Shown here piece by piece: positions 49,896-60,479 of a stretch of 64,000 nt of DNA. A model generated the notes under the pieces. That model saw only the letters and a program-made list of their open reading frames with translations. It had not been told where the DNA came from and did no database searches. The position numbers and the translations under genes are program-made. Positions within the stretch are counted from its first letter, which is position 1, and every line of letters starts with the position of its first letter. The stretch is from an uncultured Ignavibacteriaceae bacterium (lineage in GTDB: Bacteria > Bacteroidota > Ignavibacteria > UBA10030): NCBI GenBank assembly GCA_964645575.1, contig CAZYAM010000001.1:31965-95964 (forward strand), read 5' to 3'.

Positions 49896-50253
49896 GGCAT
49901 TGATCCTCTCTCGTCTCGTGTGAAGGATAAAGAGATTTCCACAATATACCTATACCGGCACCGATAAGCAGAATCGGCCAAGAGTTATGATAACCTAACC
50001 CGAAGAGATTAAATTCTGCAATAAGAAACCATGTACCGAGAAAAAGCATCCAGAATGCCTTTTGGTATTCATGGGTTAAACGGGCATCCAGTAATTTCCC
50101 GATTCCGATGGCTATGAGGATCACCGGCCAGAAATCCCAAACCGATGCAGTATCGATGAAATCGAAATTATTCAGCAATAAAACACAACCGGTAATGAGA
50201 AGAAAGACACCGATTCCCAGATGCCCGTATGAAAATCCTTTATCGCGTTCCAT
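49885..50253 (-). CDS. DUF5668 (LiaI-LiaF-like TM) membrane protein
   Basis: 4 TM with the WPVILIAIGI pattern shared with the downstream LiaF-like protein. Confidence 0.5.
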   Translation of the reverse strand: MERDKGFSYGHLGIGVFLLITGCVLLLNNFDFIDTASVWDFWPVILIAIGIGKLLDARLTHEYQKAFWMLFLGTWFLIAEFNLFGLGYHNSWPILLIGAGIGILWKSLYPSHETREDQCHGH

Positions 50254-50356
50254 AAAAATCTCCTTTTAAAATCTGTTCTGTAATATAATACTGGGATTTT
50301 TTACGGATGTTACAACGATTTCGGTGAACGGTATGATGAAATCGGCGAGTGGCGTG

Positions 50357-50392
50357 CAAAAGACCTCACAGGCCGTTACAACCTGTGAGGCC
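50357..50392 (-). terminator. rho-independent terminator of the small OMP gene
   Basis: On the - strand: ggcctcacagg-ttgtaacgg-cctgtgaggtc followed by tttt. Confidence 0.6.
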
Positions 50393-50401
50393 TTGGAATT
50401 A

Positions 50402-50854
50402 TCAGAAGAAATACCGTACGCCAAATCCAAAATCAAATTCAAATTGTGAAGCCGGCTCAAAGTATATTGTCGGAACCAGCTGTAAGAATACATCCAGAGA
50501 TGATCTGCGCGGCCACCAGGCTATTCCCAAAACACCGCGAGCTCCCATAATATTCGTACCGCTGCTTACGCCAAAAATACCGCCGAGGCCGTAGAATAGA
50601 GGAAATTTTTCACGTGATCGGAAAATATGCGAATGCCAGAGGTACTCTGCACTCAGTGCAGTTCCTGCTCTCGATGAGAGTGATGGGTATCCGACACCCA
50701 GTTGTATAGCGCCTGAGTTGGAAACCCAGCCTTTACAGCTGATACCTGTCGGTTCGCCGATCATCAGTCCAAGACCGAGTCCATGGCCTTGTGCGAGGCC
50801 GGTGTTTACAAGAAGCACCGCAAGCAGAGTAAAAAAAAGAAAATGTTTAATCAT
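50402..50854 (-). CDS. small outer-membrane beta-barrel protein (hypothetical)
   Basis: Signal peptide, Gly/aromatic alternating strands, C-terminal ...GFGVRYFF. Confidence 0.5.
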   Translation of the reverse strand: MIKHFLFFTLLAVLLVNTGLAQGHGLGLGLMIGEPTGISCKGWVSNSGAIQLGVGYPSLSSRAGTALSAEYLWHSHIFRSREKFPLFYGLGGIFGVSSGTNIMGARGVLGIAWWPRRSSLDVFLQLVPTIYFEPASQFEFDFGFGVRYFF

Positions 50855-50965
50855 AGCGATTCCTTTAAATTGTAATATTATGAACTGCCATTGTACTTCA
50901 TCAAGAACGAAGATACATTTAAACTATTAAAAATGTAAGTGAGCGATATCATTTTTTTTAAATAT

Positions 50966-51466
50966 TTATTCAGGCGCTTTCATGCCCATCTTTGCCCATT
51001 CTTCGCGGGCAGGGCCGTAAATTCCCGGTACTGTTAATCCGGCCTGACGCATTAACACCGTCATCTGAGCACGATGATGAATTTGATGTGAAACAAGTGA
51101 AGTAAGGGTGGCTCCGCGTGTCCATTTTTCGCCGTACATATCAATTTGATCCAACAGCACAGCATCTGTCCAATTTGCTTTTACAGCAGATTCAAGTGAT
51201 GAACTTGCCTGTTCATATGCGGCAGCAATCTCCGATGCTTTTGCAGGGACCGGCGAATCTTCCGCAGGTGCATCGACCGGTAATCCTGCTTTTGCTCCCA
51301 TCTCTCCGAGAGTTACCGTAATATGCCATGCAAGAAAACCGAGTGAGCGGCCCGGCGTGCTTACTTTTTGCTGAAGAGAAGCATCCATTAGAGCTCTGAA
51401 TATTTTTAATGTGACTGTTTGTTCGTACTTCCAAGTGTCGAGAAAATCTTGAATTAATCTGTACAT
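50966..51466 (-). CDS. DinB-family protein
   Basis: DinB pattern with His residues (FLAWHITVT, LVSHQIHHRAQ). Confidence 0.75.
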   Translation of the reverse strand: MYRLIQDFLDTWKYEQTVTLKIFRALMDASLQQKVSTPGRSLGFLAWHITVTLGEMGAKAGLPVDAPAEDSPVPAKASEIAAAYEQASSSLESAVKANWTDAVLLDQIDMYGEKWTRGATLTSLVSHQIHHRAQMTVLMRQAGLTVPGIYGPAREEWAKMGMKAPE

Positions 51467-51635
51467 AGAAACGCCCCTTTCAATCTTGTTTGGTACGGCT
51501 CAGAGAATGTGAATCACTAAGTAAGTTAATATTTTAAATACCGCCAGTAAGATCAATTATTAATCGGGAAGAAAAATGCTTTTCTGTAAACTGACCTTTA
51601 CGAATAGATTATTAAAGCAATTTATTCATATACGT

Positions 51636-51683
51636 TATAAATAAAGACGCAAAGGAATGCCTGTTATATGACACACCTTTGCG
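51636..51683 (-). terminator. terminator-like hairpin downstream of pepF
   Basis: Stem cgcaaagg (51648-55) / cctttgcg (51676-83), followed on the - strand by tctttattta. Confidence 0.5.
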
Positions 51684-51730
51684 CCTCAAATTTGTATAAT
51701 CACTTACTCAAGAATTCAATTTCTCTCAGT

Positions 51731-53617
51731 TCATTTTTTCATCTTATCTAAAATTATTTCCATTTCATCCATAACACGGTTCATCTTTTTCATGGTTAAT
51801 TCGAACGGTTTGGAAGTCGTCATATCAACGCCTGCTTTCTTTAATAAGTTGATAGGGTAGTCGGATCCGCCGGATGATAGGAATTCAATAAACTTCTTTG
51901 TTGCTGTTTTATCTCCTGCCAATGTTCGTTCGGATAATGCTGCCGAAGCAGTATATGCAGTTGCGTATTGATAGACATAGAAATTATAATAGAAATGCGG
52001 AATATACATCCACTCTGCCTTTATTTCATCATCCACGACACATACATTCTTATCATGTCCGTAATATTTTTTTACTATTTCATCATAGACCTGATTGAGC
52101 ACGTCTCCGGTAAGCGACTCGCCTTTCTCTACCATCTCATGTATACGCAATTCGAATTCTGCAAATTGGGTTTGCCGGAATACTGTTCCCTTGATGCTTT
52201 CCAGATAGTCTCCGAGTAAAGAAAACCTTATGTTATCGTCTTTTATTTGCTTTAACATATAGTCGTTCAACAATGCTTCGTTGAATGTGGATGCTACTTC
52301 AGCAACAAAGATCGGATAATCTGCAGTTGCGTACGGCTGATGAGTATTGGATAAATAGCTGTGCATTGTATGTCCGAGCTCGTGCGCAATAGTACTCATG
52401 TCGTCGTATTTTCCGTTATAGTTGAGCAGGATGTAAGGGTGCACATCGTATGCCGACCCATTTGAATAAGCTCCTGAACGCTTTCCTTCGGTTGGATAAA
52501 CGTCTATCCATCTTTCTTTGAATGCTTTCTTGATGGTAGAAACATAATCGTTGCCGAGCGGTTGAAGTGCGGAAACGATATGCTTTTCCGATTCATCAAT
52601 AGTATAATTCAAATCCACATTTGCAAGAAGCGGTGCGTAGAGATCATAGTAATGCAGCTGATCAACACCGAGAATACGCTGCCGGAGTTTCAAGTACCGA
52701 TGGAATGTAGTAAGGTTCTTATTAACGTTATCTATTAAACTATGATAGACCTTGGTAGGAATATTATTGTTGTTTAGCGCACTTTCCAAGCATGATTTAT
52801 ACTTGCGTGCGTTTTTATAGAAAAGATCTTTTTTAACCTGTGCGTTAAGCTGAGTGCCGTATGTACGGCTGTAATCGTTCAGTCTTCCCATGAAAGCAGA
52901 AAAAACTTTTTTTCTATCTTCCCTGATTAACGAAGTTCGATGAAGGCTGAAACCGGCCTGGTTCAGTTTTACCGTCTTCCCGTCACTAAGTGTTATTTCC
53001 GGATAAGGAAAATCTGCGTTTGAGAAGATGCTATGTATGTTCTCCGGTGCATCCGACATTAATCCGGCATCCGCAATAATTTTTTCTTCACCTGCTGTAC
53101 CTGTATGAGCTTTCCGGCGAAGAATGTCATCCAGATAGTGTCGATAGATTTTCAGCTTCTTTTCACTTTTTAAAAATTTCTGAATCTTTGCCGAATTGAT
53201 TTTTAATATTTCGGGTTCAATAAAAGCTGCTTTTGCTCCGAACTCTGCTCCCAGCTGGCTCATTTCCTGTTGTAATGCCAAATATGTTGGCACACGAGTA
53301 TCCTGATCTAAACTCAAGCTGGCATATGTATAAAGTCGGGCAAACTCTTTACTGATGTCTGTTACTGATTTCAAACATCCATAGAGATGTTGTGCTGAGG
53401 AACCAAGTTTACCTTTATATTTTTCAACAGCTGGTAGGTCTTTGATAAGCTTCTCTTTGGCTTCACTCCAGGCGGAATCGGAAGGATAGATATCCGTAAT
53501 ATTCCATTTGTATTGATCTGGAATTTTACTCCGGTCGTGTTCCTGTGCAAGAGATACATCCGGCGACATGAATGCCAGACCGAGCAGAGGTATTGCGAAT
53601 TTTGCGAATGGGTTCAT
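51731..53617 (-). CDS. pepF: oligoendopeptidase F (M3B)
   Basis: HELGHTMHS zinc motif, M3B length. Signal peptide from MNPFAKFAIPLLGLAF. ORF is open to 53644. Confidence 0.9.
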   Translation of the reverse strand: MNPFAKFAIPLLGLAFMSPDVSLAQEHDRSKIPDQYKWNITDIYPSDSAWSEAKEKLIKDLPAVEKYKGKLGSSAQHLYGCLKSVTDISKEFARLYTYASLSLDQDTRVPTYLALQQEMSQLGAEFGAKAAFIEPEILKINSAKIQKFLKSEKKLKIYRHYLDDILRRKAHTGTAGEEKIIADAGLMSDAPENIHSIFSNADFPYPEITLSDGKTVKLNQAGFSLHRTSLIREDRKKVFSAFMGRLNDYSRTYGTQLNAQVKKDLFYKNARKYKSCLESALNNNNIPTKVYHSLIDNVNKNLTTFHRYLKLRQRILGVDQLHYYDLYAPLLANVDLNYTIDESEKHIVSALQPLGNDYVSTIKKAFKERWIDVYPTEGKRSGAYSNGSAYDVHPYILLNYNGKYDDMSTIAHELGHTMHSYLSNTHQPYATADYPIFVAEVASTFNEALLNDYMLKQIKDDNIRFSLLGDYLESIKGTVFRQTQFAEFELRIHEMVEKGESLTGDVLNQVYDEIVKKYYGHDKNVCVVDDEIKAEWMYIPHFYYNFYVYQYATAYTASAALSERTLAGDKTATKKFIEFLSSGGSDYPINLLKKAGVDMTTSKPFELTMKKMNRVMDEMEIILDKMKK

Positions 53618-53934
53618 AATTTCACCTTGATTTAATTGATGCATAATGGTTGATAATCCTTATTAACGTTAATTACTGGCCGTTAGTTTCAATGTACGGC
53701 TTGTAATAAATGAAGGCAATATAAAATGAAAAATAGCCGGGTGAATAATAAGCCAATAAACCTATAATAAAGTACAAGCATCACCATTCTTATAGTATCA
53801 GAAAGCGTAAATACATCTTTTAAAAGTATCGATTGCGTATTTCGACGAATAAAGCAGCACTTACCGAATATTAAGCAAATATATTAAATTTCCTTAATTA
53901 ATTAAGTTTGTTAATATATATTACTCAATAACTA

Positions 53935-53962
53935 TTGACAATAAGAATATTTACATTATATT
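53935..53962 (+). promoter_or_regulatory. putative promoter (TTGACA-16 nt-TATATT) about 310 nt upstream of glnB
   Basis: Near-consensus hexamers in a 630-nt AT-rich spacer. A chance match is possible. Confidence 0.3.
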
Positions 53963-54232
53963 ATTAAGTATTTCAATGATATTGCTTTAATATCTAAAGT
54001 TATAGCAAAGACCTTGAAAAAGTTGGCTAGAAGCCGATTGATAAAGAAGTGAGTAACTACGGTGCAAAACGAATACCTGGAAGCTGTGAATATAATTCCG
54101 GCAGGCTAAATCGTGGATTCTATGTAATTACCGATTTTTCTTAAATAAACGCAGATAATTAAACGGATGAAGAAGATAAATGAAAAATATCCATAGACAG
54201 CAAAAATACCAATGAAGTAATAATAATGATGA

Positions 54233-54613
<381 letters not shown>

Positions 54614-54654
54614 CCATGAATTTTAATTAACGAAAATCTAATTGGAGACAAGTC

Positions 54655-55395
54655 ATGTCGTTAAAAAGAGAAACAACAATCATTGCAATATCAGCATTAA
54701 TAAATATTACTCTTGCATATGGACAAATGAAAATCGGACTTGATACATACAGCAGATATGTGTGGCGAGGTCTGGATTTCGGGAATGCAGCAAGCTTTCA
54801 ACCGTATGTTTCTTATTCGACAGGCGGATTTTCTCTCGGTGCTTGGGGAGCATTCAGTATTTCAAGCGCAGGAGGAAACGGCGCTCTTGATACGGTTACG
54901 TATTCTATCACGAGCGTGTCCAATACTTTTTCAGAAAATGATTTATGGGTGAGCTACGCATATTCAACAGCAGCGGGTACTTTTACAGTTTACCTTACTG
55001 ACTATTTCTATCCGTCAAGCCATTTAAAGTTCTTCGACTACAAAGATGGTGGTTCGCATTTATTAGAAGCCGCTGTAGGATATACGGGAACAGAGTCGTT
55101 TCCGGTTACACTGGCTGCCTATTATAATTTTTTCAACGATCCGGATAAATCAGTGTATTTGCAAGCTTCAATTCCTTTTACAATAGACTCAGTTTATTCC
55201 GCTACAATATTTGTCGGTGGTACGGTTGAGGAGAGTGCATGGTACGCAGCTTCAAAAGCGAATTTAATTAATGTCGGATTTACGGTATCGAAGACAATTG
55301 TCATTACGGAATCTTTTTCACTGCCCGTCAGTGCGTCGTATATCCTAAATCCGGAAATCGAGCAAAGTTATCTGATTTTTGGAATTAGCTTGTAA
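54655..55395 (+). CDS. putative outer-membrane porin (TorF/Gcw_chp-like) in the nitrogen operon
   Basis: Signal peptide. YSRYVWRGLDFGN...GGFSLGAWGAFS resembles the SdYvfRG...Gfy.G.W pattern of TorF-family porins. Confidence 0.5.
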   Translation: MSLKRETTIIAISALINITLAYGQMKIGLDTYSRYVWRGLDFGNAASFQPYVSYSTGGFSLGAWGAFSISSAGGNGALDTVTYSITSVSNTFSENDLWVSYAYSTAAGTFTVYLTDYFYPSSHLKFFDYKDGGSHLLEAAVGYTGTESFPVTLAAYYNFFNDPDKSVYLQASIPFTIDSVYSATIFVGGTVEESAWYAASKANLINVGFTVSKTIVITESFSLPVSASYILNPEIEQSYLIFGISL

Positions 55396-55486
55396 GGAAT
55401 TTTATTTCAGTAATTAAAATGACATCCCGGTTTGTTCATCGATAAAATCGTTTGATTAATATTTATAGAAATGGAGAAAAATATTT

Positions 55487-56815
55487 ATGGAAACGAAAGT
55501 AATTCTAGATACTATGTGGGTTCTCATAACTGGTATGCTTGTCTTTTTTATGAATCTTGGCTTTGCAATGGTAGAAGCCGGGTTCACGAGATCGAAGAAT
55601 ACAGTTAATATTCTTTCCAAGAATTTCATTGTTTTTGCTGTTTCTTCAGTCTCATTCTGGTTTATAGGGTGGGGACTTATGTTTGGGAACGGTAATGGAT
55701 TTCTTGGTTTTGAAGGGCTTTTTGGAATTTCAGGACTAGATAATAGTCCCGCAACAGGCATTGCCTATCAGGGAGTTTATAGTGCACTCAGTTGGGCGAC
55801 AGTTCCATTGTTGGCAAAATTTTTCTTTCAGCTGGTATTTGCCGGAACTGCAGCGACAATTGTTTCCGGTGCGGTAGCAGAACGAATAAAATATTTATCG
55901 TTCATACTGTTCTCATTTATCATCGTCGGCTTTATATATCCGATTTCAGGTCACTGGATTTGGGGCGGCGGTTGGTTAGCCGAACTTGGTTTTTGGGATT
56001 TTGCAGGTTCAACTGTGGTTCATTCTGTCGGTGGCTGGGCTGCTCTGGCAGGTGTTTTAATTCTCGGACCCCGAATAGGTAGATATAAAGATGGAAAAAT
56101 CCTGCCGATTCCGGGACATAGTATGCCGCTAGCCACGATTGGCGCAATTGTCCTATGGCTTGGCTGGTTCGGTTTCAATCCTGGCAGTACGATGGCTGCA
56201 GATCCTGAAGCGATTGCACGAATTTGTATCACGACTAATAGCGGAGCGGTTGCCGGATTGCTCAGTTCAACAATTGTTGCATGGATAGTTATAGGTAAAC
56301 CAGACTTAAGTATGACGATCAATGGTTGCCTCGCCGGACTCGTAGCTGTGACTGCTTCATGCGCGTATATTAGTGCATTATCTGCGCTTATCATCGGAAC
56401 TATAGCGGGCATTTTGGTTGTCCTCGCGGTATCTTGGTTTGATCGTATACGTATTGATGATCCCGTTGGGGCACTTTCTGTCCATCTTGTAAACGGAATT
56501 TTTGGGACTATCGCGCTGGGTCTTTTTGCTGAAGACCGTTTTATATCAAATACAACAGGAAATGGGTTATTCTTTGGAGGAGGATTCAAGTTGTTAATTG
56601 CGCAATTGATAGGTGTTGCATCTGTAGGAGCTTTTGTATTTATCATCTCTCTTATCGTGTGGTATGCTATTAAAGTTATTTTTGGTTTACGTGTGTCTGA
56701 GCAGGAGGAGTTTGAAGGATTGGATATTGGTGAACATGGTATGGAATCGTATCCTGAATTTTCTATTGTATCTGAACATTTTTCGATTACTTCTTCTAGT
56801 GAAAAAAATATGTAA
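55487..56815 (+). CDS. amtB: ammonium transporter
   Basis: 11 TM. Amt signatures (DFAGSTVVHSVGGWAALAG, twin-His context). Confidence 0.95.
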   Translation: METKVILDTMWVLITGMLVFFMNLGFAMVEAGFTRSKNTVNILSKNFIVFAVSSVSFWFIGWGLMFGNGNGFLGFEGLFGISGLDNSPATGIAYQGVYSALSWATVPLLAKFFFQLVFAGTAATIVSGAVAERIKYLSFILFSFIIVGFIYPISGHWIWGGGWLAELGFWDFAGSTVVHSVGGWAALAGVLILGPRIGRYKDGKILPIPGHSMPLATIGAIVLWLGWFGFNPGSTMAADPEAIARICITTNSGAVAGLLSSTIVAWIVIGKPDLSMTINGCLAGLVAVTASCAYISALSALIIGTIAGILVVLAVSWFDRIRIDDPVGALSVHLVNGIFGTIALGLFAEDRFISNTTGNGLFFGGGFKLLIAQLIGVASVGAFVFIISLIVWYAIKVIFGLRVSEQEEFEGLDIGEHGMESYPEFSIVSEHFSITSSSEKNM

Positions 56816-56845
56816 AACGGATTTTTTAGTTGATTGACGGTTAAT

Positions 56846-56886
56846 AAAGGATTCTTAAAAAACATCTTAAGAATCCTTTTTTATTT
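56846..56886 (+). terminator. rho-independent terminator after amtB
   Basis: Perfect 13-bp stem aaaggattcttaa/ttaagaatccttt plus a T-run. Confidence 0.8.
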
Positions 56887-57065
56887 GTAGAGTTTTGATT
56901 TTTCTTTTCATCAATACTGTTTTTAGGCAATACTTTCTATCCTTCTGTAATGCCGTTTCATCCGTCTCTTTTATTAATTCGTCGGATTTTTCTCTGATTT
57001 TCTTTTTACACATGATATTTTGCATAGTGTAAATACTATCAATTCACAATATCAGGAGAAGTATC

Positions 57066-57716
57066 ATGATTCATAAACCGGTCGCAATCTTCCTCTTATC
57101 CGCACTCTTTTTTGCGGTGTCGCTGTCTCAGCAAAGTGTAAAAGAACTTGAAGGAATTCTGCAGCAAAAGCCAAATGATGTCGAGACATTTGTTGAGCTC
57201 GGCAAGCTTTATCACGAGCAGGCTGCAGGTGGGAATGAAGAAGCCGTTGAAAATGGATTCACTTGTCTTGACAAAGCCCTGGAACTCGAACCATCCAATG
57301 TGGTTGCATTGGCATACCGCGGGAGTCTCTGGACGATGCGGGGCCGTGATGCACAGTCTCCATTTGAAAAGTTGAAACATGTCAATAAAGGAATTGATGA
57401 AATAGATAAAGCAGTCGAATTAGCGCCCGACAATATTTCCATCCGCCTTATGAGGGGAATTAATTGTCTGCAGCTGCCCTCGATTTTCAAGCGTCTTGGC
57501 ACTGCGTTGAAAGATTTTTCTTTCTTACTTGCCGATCCGAGATTTTCCCAATTAGAGATTAATTTACAATCGACAATACATTATTGGACCGGGATTGCAT
57601 ATAAACACGATAACCAGATAGAAAAGGCGAAAGAGAGTCTTAGGAAAGCAGTTTCTGCTGCGCCAAAATCCGCTGCAGCACAAAAAGCAGAAAAAGAATT
57701 GAAAGAACTGTCTTAA
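57066..57716 (+). CDS. secreted TPR-repeat protein
   Basis: Signal peptide and TPR-like helical repeats (LGKLYHEQ..., ALELEPSNVVALAYRG, AVELAPDN). Confidence 0.6.
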   Translation: MIHKPVAIFLLSALFFAVSLSQQSVKELEGILQQKPNDVETFVELGKLYHEQAAGGNEEAVENGFTCLDKALELEPSNVVALAYRGSLWTMRGRDAQSPFEKLKHVNKGIDEIDKAVELAPDNISIRLMRGINCLQLPSIFKRLGTALKDFSFLLADPRFSQLEINLQSTIHYWTGIAYKHDNQIEKAKESLRKAVSAAPKSAAAQKAEKELKELS

Positions 57717-57738
57717 TTTCATCATGGAGAGGTTTGCA

Positions 57739-58425
57739 ATGGATTTACTCATTAGCGCTGATAGTCTTGTAAAAACGTATATGCTTGGAAAGACGGAAGT
57801 TTCGGCCCTTCGCGGCCTTACGCTAGGGATAGATTATGGCGAATTTACTGTAATCTCCGGCCCTTCGGGCAGTGGAAAAACAACTCTGCTGAATCTTCTT
57901 GGACTTCTAGACTCGCCCACAACCGGAAGTGTTTTACTTGAAGGATCCGAAATCAAATACAACGGATTGTCCAATCTTCATAATATACGTCTGGAAAAGC
58001 TGGGTTACATTTTTCAAACATTTAATCTTATACCGGTGCTTACTGCTTATGAGAATATTGAGTATCCGCTGCTGTTGACGAAGAAATCATCTTCCATGAG
58101 AAAGCAGCTTGTGGAAAAAATATTGAGAGAAGTAAAGCTCTGGGAGTTCCGCCGTCATAAACCGAACGAGCTTTCAGGCGGACAACGGCAGCGTGTTGCA
58201 ATAGCGCGTGCATTGGTCAATAGTCCTAGAATCGTTTTAGCAGATGAACCAACGGCAAACATTGATTCAGTGACAGCTTCAGAGATCCTTGATCTCATGA
58301 GATCGTTAAATGAAGAAGAAAAAGTTACATTCCTTTTTTCAACGCACGATCCGCAAGTGTTACGATATGCAAGAAGAATCGTAAAAATTCATGATGGGAT
58401 GCTCGTGAATGGACAGCTTAAATAG
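57739..58425 (+). CDS. ABC transporter ATP-binding protein (LolD/MacB-type)
   Basis: Walker A GPSGSGKTT, signature LSGGQRQR, Walker B LADEPT. GGAGAGG RBS before 57739. ORF is open from 57724. Confidence 0.9.
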   Translation: MDLLISADSLVKTYMLGKTEVSALRGLTLGIDYGEFTVISGPSGSGKTTLLNLLGLLDSPTTGSVLLEGSEIKYNGLSNLHNIRLEKLGYIFQTFNLIPVLTAYENIEYPLLLTKKSSSMRKQLVEKILREVKLWEFRRHKPNELSGGQRQRVAIARALVNSPRIVLADEPTANIDSVTASEILDLMRSLNEEEKVTFLFSTHDPQVLRYARRIVKIHDGMLVNGQLK

Positions 58426-58452
58426 TTTTATCGCAACTTTGGAGAAAAGGTC

Positions 58453-59679
58453 ATGATCAAATTTATGAAACTCGCGATGAAAAATGTTCTCCGCAATCGG
58501 CGGCGAACGATCATTACGGGGCTTGTTCTTGTTTTTGGAGCAACTGCATTGATCCTTGCAGGTGGATTTATCGCATTTACTTTCAGGGGTCTGAGTGAAT
58601 CGACGATTCATGGCCGGTTGGGACATATACAAATCTATAACAAAGACTTTTTTTCGAAGGATGAAGAAAAACCGCTGGAGTTAGGATTAGAAAATATCCA
58701 GGAATTAAAACATAATATTATGACCCAGAGTAATGTCAGATTCACAATGGCTCGGATAGAATTTATGGGATTAATTTCAAACGGCGACAAATCTGTGGCT
58801 TTTCTCGGCCGCGGTGTTGAACCGGAAAAGGAGTTAAAACTCTCGGATTTTGCATTAGATGTCGAACAGGGAAAATTTCTGGGTGAGACTCCCGAGAACA
58901 AACTGGAAGCTGAAGTAATTCTCGCCAGGGGACTTGCAAAATCGTTGAAGGCGAAAATTGGCGATTATTTGACTCTCATGACAACGACATCGAACGGCGC
59001 GCTGAACGCAATGGATATAAAAGTTGCGGGTATCTATTCGACTGGAATTCCCGAGTATGATGAACGGGCGCTTATGATTAATCTTAGTGCGGCTCAGCAG
59101 CTTCTTTATACATCCAAGGTAACAAAACTTGTTGTGGTGCTTGACGAAACCGACAAGACTGAAGTTGTTGCAGCGTCGATTGAGAAACTTTTTCCCGATG
59201 TTCGAGCGAAACGCTGGTTTGATCTTGCAACATTTTACAACGCTGTCGTTCGTTTGTATAATTCAATTTTCGGATTCCTTGGATTCATTATCTTCGTTAT
59301 TGTGGTTCTGAGCAGTTCCAATACGATGATGATGTCAATCTTCGAGCGAACCAAGGAGATCGGGACACAACTCGCGGTCGGAACTTCACGCGCTCGTCTG
59401 CTGATCAACTTCCTTTATGAAGGACTGATTATCGGTGTACTGGGCGCCCTGATCGGATTACTTACTGCTTTTGTGCTTGCAACAATAATAAATAATGCAG
59501 GTGTGACAATGCCGGCTCCTCCAGGTTCGACAAGAGGATATCCCCTTTTAATCGATCACGTATTCGCAGTCTATATCGGTGTTTTCATCCTCATAACGAT
59601 GACAACTGTTGTTTCTACAGTTATTCCTGCGCTTAAAGCATCTCGTTTAATAATTGTCGACGCACTTGGACATATATAA
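58453..59679 (+). CDS. FtsX-family ABC permease with large periplasmic domain (LolC/E-MacB architecture)
   Basis: TM1, then an approximately 230-aa extracytoplasmic loop, then three C-terminal TM segments (FtsX domain). Confidence 0.85.
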   Translation: MIKFMKLAMKNVLRNRRRTIITGLVLVFGATALILAGGFIAFTFRGLSESTIHGRLGHIQIYNKDFFSKDEEKPLELGLENIQELKHNIMTQSNVRFTMARIEFMGLISNGDKSVAFLGRGVEPEKELKLSDFALDVEQGKFLGETPENKLEAEVILARGLAKSLKAKIGDYLTLMTTTSNGALNAMDIKVAGIYSTGIPEYDERALMINLSAAQQLLYTSKVTKLVVVLDETDKTEVVAASIEKLFPDVRAKRWFDLATFYNAVVRLYNSIFGFLGFIIFVIVVLSSSNTMMMSIFERTKEIGTQLAVGTSRARLLINFLYEGLIIGVLGALIGLLTAFVLATIINNAGVTMPAPPGSTRGYPLLIDHVFAVYIGVFILITMTTVVSTVIPALKASRLIIVDALGHI

Positions 59680-59696
59680 TTTTCAAGGATAAAGAT

Positions 59697-60479
59697 ATGA
59701 ATTCTAAATTGTTAAAAATATTCTACGCAGCGCTAATAACCATATTTGCATATGAAGTCCAGGCTCAATCAATTGCTGCAAGAGAAAAAAAGCCCGGGAA
59801 TGCCGAGCGCCTTACCGCAGATGAAATCCTGCATTTATCCGACCGCAGCCGCAACGGCTGGGATACATATTTTGTTCGTACAACCATTCAAAACTTTGAA
59901 GACAACAAACTCAAAGAAGAGGGTGTATTTGATGTGAGCATAAAAGGCACAGACAAAACACTCGTCAAATTTCTCAACGCAGATGTGAAAGGCCAATATC
60001 TTTTAATGGTTGATGATGATATGTGGATATATATGCCTAATACGCGAAAACCGATTCGTATCACTCCGCTGCAGCGGTTGATGGGAAATGCTTCGAACGG
60101 TGATGTGGCCCGCACCCGGTATGCGCGGGACTATACTGCATCATTCAAACGGGAAGAGAACATCGACGGAATTCCATGTTTTGTTCTGGAATTAAACGCA
60201 AAACGAGACGGATCTACATATATAAAAATTGATTATTGGATCACGAAAACTACACTCCGTCCGCAAAAAGCGGAAATATATTTGACTTCCGGAAAACATT
60301 ATAAAACGATTCATTTTGATGTCTATAAAGAAATCCGGGGCAGAATACTGTTGACACAGTTAACAATCACCGACAGACTTCGGGAGGGCAGAACGACGAT
60401 CATGAAATATTCCGGATATACTCAAAAAGAAATACCCGAAAAATATTTTAATAAAGACTACCTCGGGAAACTTCGATGA
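59697..60479 (+). CDS. outer-membrane lipoprotein-sorting (LolA-like) protein
   Basis: Signal peptide and LolA_like pattern (YLLMVDDDMWIYMPNTRKPIRI...GDVAR..Y). Confidence 0.7.
   Translation: MNSKLLKIFYAALITIFAYEVQAQSIAAREKKPGNAERLTADEILHLSDRSRNGWDTYFVRTTIQNFEDNKLKEEGVFDVSIKGTDKTLVKFLNADVKGQYLLMVDDDMWIYMPNTRKPIRITPLQRLMGNASNGDVARTRYARDYTASFKREENIDGIPCFVLELNAKRDGSTYIKIDYWITKTTLRPQKAEIYLTSGKHYKTIHFDVYKEIRGRILLTQLTITDRLREGRTTIMKYSGYTQKEIPEKYFNKDYLGKLR

Noticed and set aside
50362-50392. The OMP terminator stem shares the 9-mers CCTCACAGG/CCTGTGAGG with the 66-nt RAYT hairpin.
   Set aside because: The arm order is inverted (A-loop-A' versus A'-loop-A), the flanks and loop are unrelated, and it functions plausibly as an ordinary terminator. 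I treated it as coincidence, though a genome-wide count of the 9-mer would settle it.
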